A DNA stretch of 64,000 nucleotides from Callorhinchus milii (taxonomy: Eukaryota), in NCBI RefSeq assembly GCF_018977255.1, contig NW_024704743.1, positions 35,590,001 to 35,654,000 on the forward strand, written 5' to 3'. Positions within the stretch are counted from its first letter, which is position 1. Every line of letters starts with the position of its first letter. Under the pieces are notes generated by a model, which was not told where the DNA came from, made no database searches, and worked only from the letters and a program-made list of their open reading frames with translations. The translations under genes were made by a program, and so were the position numbers. Shown one piece after another: positions 25,962 to 39,497 of the stretch.

Positions 25962-26410
25962 ATATAATAGTAATAATAATCCCTGCATTTGATATAATGC
26001 CTTATCACATCGTCAAGCCATCTCAAAGTGCTGCACAGGATACACTGTGAAGTGGATTGACTGTATTTTGTGGGCGAAATGTGGCAGTCAGTTTGTGCAC
26101 AGCTGTGTCCCACAAACAGCCATGGAGTGAGTGAACAATTTTATTTTGGGGATTGTTGGCCAGGACAGCGGAAGAAACTCCCTTCTCTTTTCAAATAGTG
26201 CCATGGAATCTTTAATGTCCACCTGAACAGTCAGACAGACCTCGGTTTAATGTTTCGTCCGAAGATCTGCACCTCTGGTAAGGCAGCACACCCACAGAGC
26301 TGCTTTGGAGTTTCAGCTTAGACCACGTGATTCCAAGTCCCGACATGGGGCTTGAACCCACAACCTTCCGATTCAGAGGCAAGAGTGCTACCAACTGCGC
26401 CAGGCTGACA
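25962..26410 (-). mobile_element. SINE-B (DeuSINE-like), full length
   Basis: Head TGTCAGCCTGGCGCAGTTGGTAGCAC, Deu core and tail (ATT)n. Confidence 0.9.
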
Positions 26411-27689
26411 GTTCAACATGACTTCATTATAATCACCCTAAAGGATATCAGTGCTGGGAAATGAATCACTAATGGGTTTTGTGCTCATCATGGTGATAGA
26501 TATCAATGCTGGGGAATGGTATGTGTTTTCCATCAATTGTCAGCAACAAGGAGTTCCAGCTCAACATAAGCTCAATGTGGAATAAAGCTCCCTCTGTTCT
26601 GGTCCAACAAAGTGCTTTATCCCCACTCAGAGGAGCTATTACGCTCCCTACTGTACCAGTGTTGCATTTGCCTTTTGTGAACCATGTCAGACAACGCTGG
26701 AACTGTTTGAGCAAGGCAGACAATTGAAAGCTGTGAATTTGTGTTCATAAGAAATTGGGTTGATATTGCTTTAACCTTATCTCATGTAGAATCCTTGCGG
26801 GTAGACAAATAATGTTCATTTTATTATTGTGTCCTTGAAGAGATGAAGCGATGAACAGATAATGATCTAACTCACTACCCCTTTAACTCACTGTATTTCA
26901 GATCATATTTCACACAACTGCACCACAAAATGAAAATGGCCACTAACCTACTTAATAGATCGACTGTTTGAAATGTTTGCAGACAAAATATGAACATCTG
27001 GCAACAGAGCCTGGGGGGGTAATGGTACAGTCAAACCCTTTTTTAACAAAGTCTTTCTTGCAATATCACTGGAGCTGAGCTATGTGACTGAGCTGCATGT
27101 GAAAACTGAGATCAGCATTAGAATAGAAAGCACAGGTAGGTTGGCATTGACACAGGAAAGGCAGCCTGTTATAGAGGCAACCAACACAAAAAGGACACAA
27201 GAGGAAGTGCAATGACTTTGTTTTTTTTCCGAAACTCAATGTAATGAACAAGAAAACCCTGCGAGAAGAGGAATTGGTAAGAAATGACTTGAGATAAAGG
27301 AACAGAAAGTCAGAGAGAGATGCTGAGGTAATGTTACAAATACAGTTGGACTTTTCCCAGGGAGGAATTACTTTGTCTGATCAAGAGATCCAGACAGTGA
27401 GAAAATAATAATTATACATTTTATGACCGGAAATGCTGTTTTTTTTAATCTGTGAGGCATAATCCACTGTTTTTATAGGTTATCATTGGAGGCAGTGCTC
27501 AGATCTCTTATGATCTCCCAGTCCCCAGAGAAACCAATGAATGAAGGGCGCTGATGGAACTAAACATGTAATGAAGCACAATGCCCGACAGAGCAATATA
27601 ATAATGTAATGGATGAAGACGGAGCTAACACAACAGGGAGTGGGATAGGATGATACAATACTAGTAAATATATGAGAGATGAGGATGGG

Positions 27690-27915
27690 ACAGGTTAAAA
27701 AAAAGGGTCCAGTAGGTAACAGGAAATCAGAAGGCCTGTCAAAGATGGACCTTGAAGGAGGCGAGAGAAGGGCAACCAAAAGGGACGGATGGAGTTCCAG
27801 AGTGTGGAGGCAGAAAGGCTGAAGGCCCCACCACCAATGGTGGAGAGGGCAGGACAGCGAATGTTGAGCAAGGCAGTGCCTGCTGAGCAGAGGGAGTGGG
27901 TGGGCTGGTAGGGTA
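27690..27915 (-). mobile_element. L2 3' fragment
   Basis: GGAGTTCCAGAG..GGCTGAAGGCCC.ACCACCAATGG as in other antisense L2 copies. Confidence 0.7.
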
Positions 27916-28101
27916 AGAATTAATTGCCCAACCCCCACTATTTGCACAGTAACTGGATCTCTTAATCACACTTTATAAAATAATTCCTCTCTGGGGAAAG
28001 TCCAACTCTATTCGTAACATTACCTCAGTAGCTCTTTGGTGAATTTTATTACTGGCAAATAACACTGCTGTGCATAATATGCTATTTGAAAATATTAAGT
28101 T

Positions 28102-28372
28102 ATTATAATAATAATCCTTGCATTTGATATAGTGCCTCATTGCGTCGTCGAGACACCTTAAAGCGCTTCATAGGATATACTGTAAAGTGGAACGACTGTA
28201 TAATTTGTGTGCACAGAAATGTCCCACAAGCGGCCATGGAGTGAGTGACCAATTTTATTTGAGGGATTGTTGGCCAGAACACTGGGAGAAGCTTCCTTCT
28301 CTTTTTGAATAGTGTCATAGGATCTCTAATGTCCACCTGAACAGGCAGACGGGGCCTCAGTTGAATATCTGA
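28102..28372 (-). mobile_element. SINE-B 3' half
   Basis: GTCCACCTGAACAGGCAGACGGGGCCTC Deu core plus tail. Confidence 0.85.
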
Positions 28373-29153
28373 CAAAGTGGTTTCACAAAACATCTGTAAA
28401 TTTGGGTGACATTATTGGCTGGGGAGTTTTGAAGGATGAACAACTCATTTCATAGGTGATTTTGTTTTAGACATATTTTTTATATTATTATGAAATATTA
28501 ATATCTTTGTGATATCCAGCATCATACTGTATTCTCATGCACAACAATGCTCATATCGCAAAAATTGCCCCAACCTGATGAGTTCTTATTTGGAGCAGAT
28601 AATAGTAACTCCATATTCAGTGCGACGTTTACTACTTTTTATCTGGTTTGTTTTTGCGCTGCTCAGTATTACGCTGGAGAATTGGATATGCTTCACCAAA
28701 TAATAGGTGCTTTAAAAGGTATTTTGTGTGTTTTTTCGTTCTTGGATCCATTCCCAAGTCTGGGTCTAATTTGCAAGATGTGTAAACATGTGTGTACCCA
28801 GGGAATTACAATTATGTAATTAATAATATTATTTATGTAATTAACCAACTCAATAACAACTTGCACTTATATAGCTAGTTAAATGATTCAAAGTGCTAGT
28901 TATATAGCTAGTTTCACATAGTCAATTGAATGAAAGTGCTTCACAAAGATAGTGCAGGAGCCCGAGCACAGTGGGAGATAGAAGGGGGAATTATAATAAA
29001 TAATAGTAATCCTTGTATTTGGTACAGCATCTTATCATGTCTTCAAGATATATCAAAGAGCTTTGCAGAATATACTGTGGGATTAGGAGGGAGATGATTG
29101 AATACAGGTTTCTAGAAGCGTTTAGATGGGTGACAACCAATTACAGCAATAAT

Positions 29154-29454
29154 GGAGTTCTGTAGCAATAGTGGAGTCCAAGCAAGAGACCAGGGTTCGA
29201 TTCCCGGCAGGGTGAAACCTTGGGCAAGTTTCCTTACTCCACACGCCTGATAATAATCCCTCAAAAAAAACAATAATAAATTGGTCAATTTCAATCCGTG
29301 ACTGTTGTGGGTCACTGCTGTGCGCAATTGGCTGCTGCATTTCGCCCACAAATATACAGTCAATTCACTTTACAGTTTATTCTGTGAAGCGCTTTGAGAC
29401 GTCTAGAAGTCGTGAAAAGCGCTATATCAAATGCAAGGATTCTTCTTATTATTA
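29154..29454 (+). mobile_element. SINE-A short form, intermediate tail (CTAGAA loop)
   Basis: Head and B box GGGTTCGATTCCC; tail GAGACGTCTAGAAGTCGTGAAAAGCGC; abuts an antisense SINE tail at 29455-29620. Confidence 0.9.
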
Positions 29455-30862
29455 ATAATATTCCTTGCATTTGGTATAGTGCCTTATCATGTCATCAGAA
29501 TGTCTCAAAGGCGTTTCACAGGATACATTGTAAACTATAGTGACTGTTTATTTTATAAGCAAATGCAGCAGCTAATGTGTCCACGATAATGTCCCACAAA
29601 TAGCCATGCAGTCAGTGACCTAAATTGAACACCCAATGAGGATTAAATAATCACCCATAAGAAGTAGAAATATAATAGAGCCAACCAGCTGGTGCAGCTC
29701 ACCCCATTACATGGGAACTGTTTCAGACCCCAATATGACCAGAATTCACCATCAAACATAACTTGCTAACAGATGAAATCCTACATCATAACGTTAATGG
29801 GCCCTGTCAGATCCTACACCAAGCAACACCACCTCACACAAAGTAATCACATTAATTTGACATAAAATCTACCATTGCTTTAATTGACCACCATATCATA
29901 TGTTTTAATGGGAGCATCCCAAAACACATGTGTACAACCTGTGTGCGGTGAAAAAATGTATTGTAAACAATGGAATGTTTTTGTATTGGGAGAAAGAGAA
30001 AAAAATTGTAAGAAAAGATGTTGTACGTTGTGTTTGTTTTGGATTTCTGTTGTATCAAATATTATATTTATAAATAAATATATATTTTCCAAAAAAATAG
30101 ACCACCGTATTGTATCAATAATACTCCATGACTAGCAATGAATTAGAAAGGAGTAATTACATCCTTGTCATTCACTGATAATTCCATGTGCATATTTAAA
30201 AGCTAAGTTAGCTCTAATTCTAAGGTTTTCTTGTTTTCAAATGCATTCCTGAATTGTGATTACTTCTGCACTGCCAACAACATTAAACTGGTAAACTAGT
30301 AGAAATCCTTAATTGTATTTAATGGCATTCCTGAGAGCTTTTTGTTAATCCCCCGATAGGCAGTCAGAGGCATTTGATTCTTATTTCCTTTGTAGCTGAA
30401 TCTTTGATTAAAAAGTTAGCCTAGTTACTGAACTCGCTATGCGTCAAAGCACCTCTGGACCACACTGGCTGCTTTATGACCATCCTTTGTCTTTCAGAGG
30501 GCTGATCTCATGCACCCTTACACACCATTATTCTATTTCTTCCCATTACCAAGATGGTATACTATACATTCTTCTAGGTTATACAGTTATATACATTTTT
30601 AAACAATGTAGTTTTGGAGTGGGAATTGAAAAACGTGATTGACTTGCACCCTGTGAAAACTTTCCAGATATAGACAAGAGGGTTAACCAAATAGCTTAAG
30701 CAAGTGTTACATTTTGCTCTTAGCACCAACTTGCTGACAGCTTCTCAAGGACATTAATAAGATTGGACTAACTTTATTACAATCATAGTGATCAAGGACT
30801 CTGATGGAGGTTGTAAAGGACAATACTAATGCCATAATCTGTGTGATTTTAATATCTGACAG

Positions 30863-31636
30863 GCCCAAGCATGTGCCTGTGCACAACGTCTTTTAATCAG
30901 TCAAAATGTTATCTCCGCTTACAGGCACTCTGAAATCCCATCAATGTTTGAGGACAGTAGCTAGTAAAACAGGCAGTGGCAGCCACACAGTTTCCTGGCA
31001 GTAATCTAGCCTTGAAGTTAAGTCTATTGCATCCTGGTGAGAAGTGAATACAGAGTCTGCCTGAGAGAAGAAGGTTAACACCTTCCCTCCAATGCAACCC
31101 TTTGTAACAAACTCAGCATCATCAAGGGAAGGATGTAAGGAGGGACAGTGTGGGAGTGGGGCTTGTATTCCTCATGGCAATGTTAAGGTCTTTAGAATTG
31201 AAATTAGGCTTTCAAAACGGTCTAGTTTATCTAACAGGTGGGGAGGAAGGGTCGTTTCTCTCCGGCTGAGACCCCTATCTCTTTGACTCAATACACTTCT
31301 GGGAGTGTTCTGCATTATCAGAGGTGCTGTCCTTCAGATGAGACATTAAACTGAGGTCCTGTCTGCCTGTCCAGGTTGAAGGTTGACCAGTAGATTTGAC
31401 TCATCATTAAACCACGGAACTGCACACAGATTCTCAACCCTGTAGCTAAAGCCCAAGCATTCACATACAACTAACTGCCTGTGCACAACACCTTTTAATC
31501 AGTCAAATTGTTATCTCTACTACCGGAACGCTGAAATCCCATCAATGTGTGAGGACAGTAGCTAGTAAAACAGGCAGTGGCAGACACACAGTTTCCTGGC
31601 AGTAATCTAGCCTTGAAGTTAAGTCTATTGCATCCT
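30863..31636 (+). repeat. Local direct duplication of about 175 bp (30863-31035 and 31451-31636)
   Basis: Long near-identical block GAGGACAGTAGCTAGTAAAACAGGCAGTGGCAG..GTTAAGTCTATTGCATCCT in both copies. Confidence 0.95.
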
Positions 31637-32344
31637 ATCCAGTATGGATGTCCTAGCTGCATAAGTAGCATAAGATGTATGGGTGCTCAGTGTTGGGAAG
31701 ATGCACAGTCATTTAAATTGCTGACTCATCTCAGGCATCTGTAGCCATGTGGGGCTGTGAACTGTATTAAACATATTCTTATACTTTAAAAGGATTCACA
31801 AAACTGACTTAAAGCTGAATGACCACAATTCTTCATTGTATATCCTCAAATAGCGCTTAATGTAAAAAGAATATAGCCTGCCATGCTGTTTAAATTCCTG
31901 AGTCACAGTAATGTGGAGTCTGTCATATATACAGTAATTACTTCAAGAGGTAGCAGTTAGACCCATGGGTGTGACTGAGATCACACAAAGTACTAGCTGA
32001 GTCGTTGGCCGGCCGGTCTCATGTGTTTGAATGATGGTGATAATGATAAAGATAATCAAACAGACACTGTAATCTCAGTAATTCAAGGGAACGGGAGGCT
32101 GTTTTTTTGTGTAGAACATACTTTAGAATTTAAAAATAGAGAAATGTAGCATTTGGCATCGATGTCCAATATTCCAATGCTAACAAATCTGCAGGTTCTG
32201 GGCAACTTGTAGCAAATATGTATTTTTTATTTTTTCCAATCTTCTCCGCTTCTCTTCCTCCAAAGGTGCTGAGTGACGCTGACACATGGTTTCATGGGCA
32301 TCTTATGGCAACTTGCCAAATCTGCCATTTTGTCACTTCTCATC

Positions 32345-32565
32345 ATCAACAACAACAACAAAATTACCTTTGTATAGTGCCTTTTACATCGGGAGGTCAT
32401 CCCAAGGCGCTGGACAGACAGAGTTACGGACCCGTGTACTTCCCAAGACCACGGAGGGCTTTGAAGGTGAGGACCAGGATCTTGAACTGTATCCTCTGTG
32501 TGATGGGAAGTCAGTGGAGTTGGGCAAGGATGGGGGTGATAGGGTCGCGGAGCCTCATGTGGGAA
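32345..32565 (-). mobile_element. Internally deleted L2 3' fragment
   Basis: Tail joined through a short filler directly to the FKILVLTFKA region. Confidence 0.8.
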
Positions 32566-34362
32566 TCTAAGAAGCAAGGATCCCAGGGCTATGGGGGGTG
32601 GCGGGGGGGGGGGGGGGGGGGGGTGTTAGTCATTCCTGAGGTGAAAGGCACGACTGTATATATGCATACATATATATATATATATATGTGTAATTTGTAC
32701 TGTTGAGCCTGAGATCATCTTAGATGGGGAAACTCAACAATAATTGGGAATGGGATGTGGCATCTTACGGCGTGTGACCCTGCTTCCAGGCCTCTAATTA
32801 ATACTCTTCTCTCAAAGAACCTCTAAGAGGTGTATGAGAGCAGGTTGGCAGCAGTAGTCCTTCCTTCCTTTTTCCTATTATGACTCGATTCATCCTCTCA
32901 TCAGTTCTCGCTGTGCCTCATTCCCCCCCCCCCCCCACCACCCCACCACCACCCATCCTCCTCACCCCCTCCCAGGCCCCTCAATTCCAAACTCTGGAAT
33001 TAAATGTTTGCATTGATGTTCTGCCCTGAACTAGACTTCCTTCCATTTTACATAGTGCTCTTGTGTTTGAGGGTGGGGACTGTATCTCAGTCTTGTTCTG
33101 TACAGCAGCAGAATTACCACTGCTGCTCTACTTCTTCACTCAAGCGATGCCAAGGCTCCCTAGATTTCTTCCAGCGGATGGAAAAAGCCATGGTGAGGTT
33201 AAGTTTTTATTAAATGGCATGTTTTCATGAAAACAACCTGCAGTGTGTGGTTGAATAAAATGTCTTCCAGATGCAGTGCATCTTTCTCAAGGATGGGCTG
33301 TAGTTTGTGCGTGTTTTGGGTTTTTCCCTGCAGACGGCTGTCTGCTTTTTTTGGACATTCTATGAAATTGGGGACAGGCACAATTAATGGGTAATGTTGT
33401 GTATTTGTTTGTACGTGGTGTGTATGTGTATGGGTGGGTGGGGGAAATTAGTAGAATTTAGTTAGGCTGATGTGTTTATGATGAACATGGTATCAGGACT
33501 GTAGCACTTTATTGCTGAAGTGAACTAAAATTCCAATTCATGGGGAGAAATATGTTAACAGGGGGTGGAGAGATCGATGATATTTACAAAACTAACATCT
33601 AAGCACTTATCTCAATGAAATCTGAATTGACTCCGTCTTAACACGACTTGTGACTTCCAATTACTTTGTACATGTTTGATTTGTTTTGATTTAACACCCT
33701 AGAAACATGCACAATGCAGAGTGCAGATTAAACAGCAGAACCCTTTGTGGCATTGTCACTCACCTCTCAAATAAAAACACACTTTGCCTCAATAGTTTTT
33801 ACCTTGCGTAGAATGAATAATCCTCCTCCGCACCAACACCTGCCCCTCAGCTCCCACCCCCAGATCAGGGGCCCAGCCACCCCCCAGCTTTGTCAGTCAC
33901 GTTGAGACATTCTACAATGTAAATTGTATTGTATTCTATGTTATTGTGGTCTAAAATCTTCTGTTACAAGACAAGTGGCAAATAGATAACTTGCGGGTAA
34001 AGTGCGTTGACTATCAGGATCTCCACTCAAGAGACAGATTATATCAAATGGTGTTCTGTGGCTCAGTGTGATCCACTTTTGGGTAGCATCAGGATTCACT
34101 ATTTGGAACTCCTGTTATCCTACGAGAAGGCGCTTTATAAATCCAAGTTGTCATTTTTGTTGATTTCGACTCCAGTGCCATTGAACTGTAGTTCTTTCTC
34201 ATTTACGTGCTTTGTGGGAATAATTCTGTTTTATTTTCTTTTGTTTGTTCTCCTCTCCTGAAGAGGCACCTGCTCGCACTGGGAACACATCCATGTTCAG
34301 CCACTCGCCAGGACCTCACGTCCATAGCCGTTCTTCATGTGGGAGCCTAATCCGTGCCTTTA

Positions 34363-35095
34363 ATAACAACAACAACAACAACAAAATTACATTTGTAAAG
34401 CGCCTTTCACGTCGGGAGGACGTCCCAAGGCGCTGAACAGTCAGAGATCAGGATCCAAGCGTGGGGGGGTGCAGGACTGGGGAGAGGGGGGCCAGAGAGG
34501 TAGGAGGGCGGATGAAAGCACAGTCAAAAAGGAGGGTATTAAGTCATGCCTTGAAGGAGGCAAGGGAGGGAGCAAGGTGATAGGATTGTGGGATGGAGTT
34601 CCAAAGAGTGGGGCAGAGAGGCTGAAAGCCCGGCTGTCAATGGTAGGGCAGGTTGGGCAAGAAAAACGGAGCAGGCCGGAGCCTGCTGAGCGAGAGAACG
34701 GACAAGTTGATATGTGGTCAGCAGGTCAGAGATGTAGGAGGGGGCAAAGCCGTGGAGGGCCTTGAAAGTGAGGCAAGGATTTTGAATTCTATCCTCTGAG
34801 GGATGGGGAGCCAGTGGACCCGGTGAGGGTGGGGGTGATGGGGTCATGGAGCCTGGTGTGAGAGAGGACACGAGCTGCAGAGTTCTGGATGATCTGCAGT
34901 TTGTGGAGGGAAGTGTTGGGGAGGCCGACAAGGAGGGGAGTTTCCATAGTCGAGCCTTGAGGTGACAAATGCGTGTATGAGGATTTAGGCGGCCTGAGGG
35001 GTGAGGCAGTGGCAGAGTCGGGCATGTTGCGGAGGTGGGGGAAGGCAGAGCAGCTCATGGCACAGATATGGGGGAGAAAGGACAGTTTAGGGTCG
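34363..35095 (-). mobile_element. L2 3' fragment
   Basis: [25 protein letters not shown]; young tail with (GTT)n. Confidence 0.95.
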
Positions 35096-35549
35096 AGGGT
35101 TTAACCAATCTGAGCATCTCTTGTACCAATTCTGGAACCATACATTATAACAAACACAAAGTTAAAAGTTGCTATTGAAGGACATGGATTCATAACATTA
35201 GGCTGACGTTCCTCTGGATGTTAATTTTAGTGACAACATGAAGGTGTGTAAATAGGCCCAAGGTGCTAGAGTGATAGGCCCAACAGATGATTTGATGCTC
35301 TTCCTGTATCTGTGCTCCTCCAAAACCTGCATGAAATTCCTCAGTGAAAACGATGAATAGTTTGTTAAGGCCTCGTTAAAGTGCAGAGCTTCGGTTGCCC
35401 CCCTGACATGAAAGGAGCTTTATAAATGTTAAATCATTGTTATTGTTAAAGGAAGCACTTGTTCAGCATTGCCCAGTCAAGCAGTCTCAGCGACAGGTTG
35501 AGTTATTAACACCAGAATAGAGCCTGCATTACTGAGTTCAACAATAGGA

Positions 35550-35877
35550 AATAATAATAATAATAATAATAATAATCCTTGCATTTGATATAGCGCTTTT
35601 CACGTCGAGAGGACGTCCCAAAGCGCTTCACAGAATATACTGTAAAGCGAATTGACTGTATATTTGAGGGCGAACGCGGCAGCCAATTGCGCACAGCAAT
35701 GTCCCACAAACAGTCGTAGATTGAAAATGACCAATTTATTATTGTTTTTGGTTTTGGAGGGATTATTATTAGGCGTGTGGAGTAAGGAAACTTGCCCAAG
35801 GTTTCGCCCTGCCTGGAATTGAACTCAGGTCTCTCGCTTGCAAAGCGAGTGTTCTAACCACTGAGCTACAGGACTCC
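35550..35877 (-). mobile_element. SINE-A short (young) form
   Basis: Intact head, (ATT)9 tail. Confidence 0.95.
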
Positions 35878-36324
35878 ACAAAGAAAAACTACAAAGATAT
35901 CCACAGTGCTGCCAGACATGAATTGTGTTCAGGAGCTTATTGGCAGCATTGGTAGTGTATTTTCACTGACAAGTTATTAGTGCAAGGACCCAGCAAATTA
36001 TTTCCCGATTTACATTATCTGCATCGCAACTCTGCAGAGTTATTTTGGTGGCTGTGCTGGGCAAATACCGCTTATTAATATTCATAAGATGGCCCTCCAG
36101 TTTAATGCATGCATGCGCTGACTTTTAATATGTGACTGATTACAACAACAGGAAGCCATAAGTACAAAGAAGGGGGATTCTGACTTCTCAGCGTGGAGTG
36201 TTCGATGACACTGATTGCAGAATATACGGAAAGAAGTAACCTTTATCCCACAGTAATAGTTACCCCTCAAAGCCTGTCCCATCCTCTCTGTCTGCTCAGA
36301 TTGTTTTGCAAACCCTGTACTACA

Positions 36325-37090
36325 CACTCCACCTTGCTAATCCAGTCCGGAACCTTGGAGTCTTGCTTGAACCTCAACTATCCTTTCTACCCCACATCTG
36401 TGCCATGACCCTCTCTGCCTTCCCCCACCTCCGCAATCTCGCCCGGCTCTGGACACTATCTCACACTGCAGGCTGCCGAAACCCTCATATATGCTTTCAT
36501 TACATCAAGGCTCAACTATGTAAACTCATTGCTTGTCGGCCTCCACAACTCCTCCCTCCACAAGCTGCAGATCATCCAGAACTCTGCAGGCCATGTCCTC
36601 ACCCGCACTAGGCTCCATGACCCTATCACCCCTATCCTTGCCTAACTCCACTGGCTTCACATCACACAGAGGATACAGTTCAAGATCCTGGTCCTTACCT
36701 TCAAAGCTCTCCACAGTTTTGCTCCCTACTACCTCTGTGACCTCCTAACCCCCTACCATCCTATTCCCTCCCTCCGCTCAGCGGGCTCTGGCCTGCTTCA
36801 CGTCCCCTGCCTTGCTCGCCCCACTATTGACGGGCTCACCCCACTTCTGCCACTCTGCCCCTCCCTCTAGAATTCCATCCTGCAGTCCCTCTGCCTCTCT
36901 CCCTCGCTTGCCATCTTCAAGACCCATCTCAAGACCTTCCTCTTCGGCCGTGCTTTCGATCTCTCTGCTTCCCCACCGTCCTCCACCCTCCCCCACCCCG
37001 ACCCACAGCTTGGGTCCGTAACTCTGTCTGTCCAGCGCCTTGGGACAAACTCCTGACATGAAAGGTGCTACGTAAATGTAAATTTGTTGC
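36325..37090 (+). mobile_element. L2 3' fragment
   Basis: VRNLGVLLEPQLSF; FKILVLTFKA; tail. Confidence 0.9.
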
Positions 37091-37526
37091 TGTTTCTGAG
37101 GACAGTTGGAAAAGACCCTGAGAACATTTGCTGTTTGGAATTAATGAAGCTTGTAAACTCGGGCACTATTATCACTAGACACGCCATTACAGGGTGTTCA
37201 CAAAGTCTTGTTATTTTCAGTTGTAGAGATGTTGAGTATGATAATGATACCAGTAACTTCCTCGTCACTCTATGCATGATACGGAAGATGTCACACTGAA
37301 TGTGGCAACAAATCATTATCTGCCATGAAAATGATCTGGTTAGCACCGATCCTCTGGACGTCTAAGTACATTTCAACACTTGAATTAAGTACTTCTGTAT
37401 AAAATTATCATCATTCTTCCATGTGTTTCAGTTGTTGGCCATTGCACTGTGTGAAAAAAAAAGGACTTGCAAACACCCTGTATGTGACCTGAGCAGGCTC
37501 CTATCAACAGTCTTGTCACCGCAGCA

Positions 37527-37574
37527 GGGAAACAGGGTGAGAGTCCATTTGGGAAATGGGATGAGAGTCCATTT
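37527..37574. repeat. 24-bp tandem duplication
   Basis: GGGAAACAGGGTGAGAGTCCATTT followed by GGGAAATGGGATGAGAGTCCATTT. Confidence 0.9.
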
Positions 37575-37782
37575 GGTCCACTACCCTCTACGACTGAATA
37601 CACTGCAGACCTGTTGCAATGCAGTTTTAGGGAATCTATGAAATCCCAACCAGGTTGACGCACCTTTTGAGAGCAGAGATTGTTTAACAAAAGAGGAGGC
37701 AAAACTTGCCCATCACCTATTATTCTCCACAATGCTTTTCATGGGAGAAAAAATGAGATCCTCAGAAAAAGTATGTTGGCAG

Positions 37783-37958
37783 GAAATTCCACCGGGGTCT
37801 CAGTTTACTCGATTTATGTAGCATTTCAGAGGGCTCAAAATTTGGCAAATTGTTGAATTTAATCTTTACATTGAAGCCGTTTTTCTGTAAGTTTCTTTTA
37901 AGAAACAGCTTACCAAATTCTAGGCTAGATAAATAAATCTAAACCCAGGTGGAATTTC
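37783..37958. mobile_element. MITE-like element with 16-bp inverted ends
   Basis: GAAATTCCACCGGGGT ... ACCCAGGTGGAATTTC (15/16 complementary). Confidence 0.7.
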
Positions 37959-38179
37959 TCCCCATGTGGAGGATATAGGTATACTGATGTTCAAAGCTTG
38001 ATAAGTGGGTGCGGAGGCTGAGAAGCTTCAATATTTTTGTCCATCAATCGCAGATTAAGATAATTACTGTATAGCAATAGCATTAACATTAAGGGTCAAA
38101 GAGTTCCCTGAAATCTGACGATGATGTAGAACAAAGATTTGTATTTCTTTACCGACCAATGCCTCATTCCTTACATTGT

Positions 38180-38559
38180 GGAGTCCTGCAGCTTAATGGT
38201 TAGAGTGCTTGCCTTGCAAGTAAGAGGACCAAGGTTTGATTCCAAGGGGGAGCAAACGTTAGGCAAGTTTCCTTACTTCACACGCCTCTTTTACCTAGCA
38301 GTAAGTAGGAACCTGGTTGTTAGTCAATTACCAGATTGCTTTTCCTGAGGTAATAATCCCTTCAAAAAGTTTTTTTTTCAATAATACTAATTTGGTCAAT
38401 CAATTCACGACTGTTTGTGGGACTCTGCTGTGAGCAATTGTCTACCACGTTTCGCCCACAAAATATAGTCAATTCACTTTACAGTTTATTCTGTGAAACA
38501 CTTTGAGATGTCTCGAAGATGTGGTAAGGCGCTATATCAAATGCAAGGATTATTATTAT
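38180..38559 (+). mobile_element. SINE-A long form
   Basis: Contains the TACCTAGCAGTAAGTAGGAACCTGG segment; old tail type. Confidence 0.9.
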
Positions 38560-38874
38560 CATTTTATGAACCAGTTTATAAGGAGAGTGAGCAGGGTCAT
38601 TATAAGGGCAGTGAAAGAGAAACTGAAAGCATACAAAGAGAGAGAGAGAGAGAGAGAGAATGGTCATCTCAGCAGAGAATTATTGTGGTTCTTCTTTTAA
38701 GGTGCAATTTCTTTTGTTTATTTATTAACCAGGACAGAGAGGGCAAGATGGGGTCCCAAGACAAGGGTATGAACTGTTGTAAAGTATATCACAAGATTGG
38801 TCTGGATGAAGAAGGTCGTTCAGCCCATCCGATCTCGTGCCTCATTGAGGAACAGTCAGGCCTCCTTGAAATGA

Positions 38875-39152
38875 ATAATAATCCTTGCAATTTCATACAG
38901 CGCCCTATCATACCATCAAGATGTCTTAAAATGCCTCACAAGATATACTGTAAAGTGATATGACTGTGTGTATTTTGTGGGTGAACGCGGCAGCCAAGTT
39001 GAGCTAATTCTGAAAATTTGTTGCCACATTCTCCTACAAAATACTATATACAAAATACTCCTACAAAATACTATATTCACTATATTTTATAGTATCCTAT
39101 GAAGCGCTTTGAGATGGTCACCCAATGTGAAAGGTATCAAATGCAAAGATTC
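38875..39152. mobile_element. Inverted pair of headless SINE 3' halves (fold-back)
   Basis: Antisense tail plus Deu part at 38875-39000, about 12-bp spacer, then sense Deu part plus tail at 39013-39152. Confidence 0.8.
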
Positions 39153-39497
39153 TTAGTAGAACATGTGTAGCCAGAGTTATCCAATACACAACGCTCTCTG
39201 TGTTATAGCTGGATAAATGATGACCTTTCATGGATGACTGATTACTGTTTCAAAGTACTTCAAAAGACATCTAGCTTTTGAGGATCACCAAGCAGGGTGG
39301 AAAAGAAGGGAGAATTTAACCAAGAATGTTGACCAAAGGCACGGTAAGAGAGATATGTTTTTAAGAGCGATTTGTAATAATAATAATCCTACAGGACTTC
39401 ATTGTAGTGTTCAAATGTCATAAAGTGTTTTAGAGGTTGTCAGTTGTAACAGCAAGGTTCCTCAAACAGCCGCGAGTGAATGACCAGTGTTCCTGGA

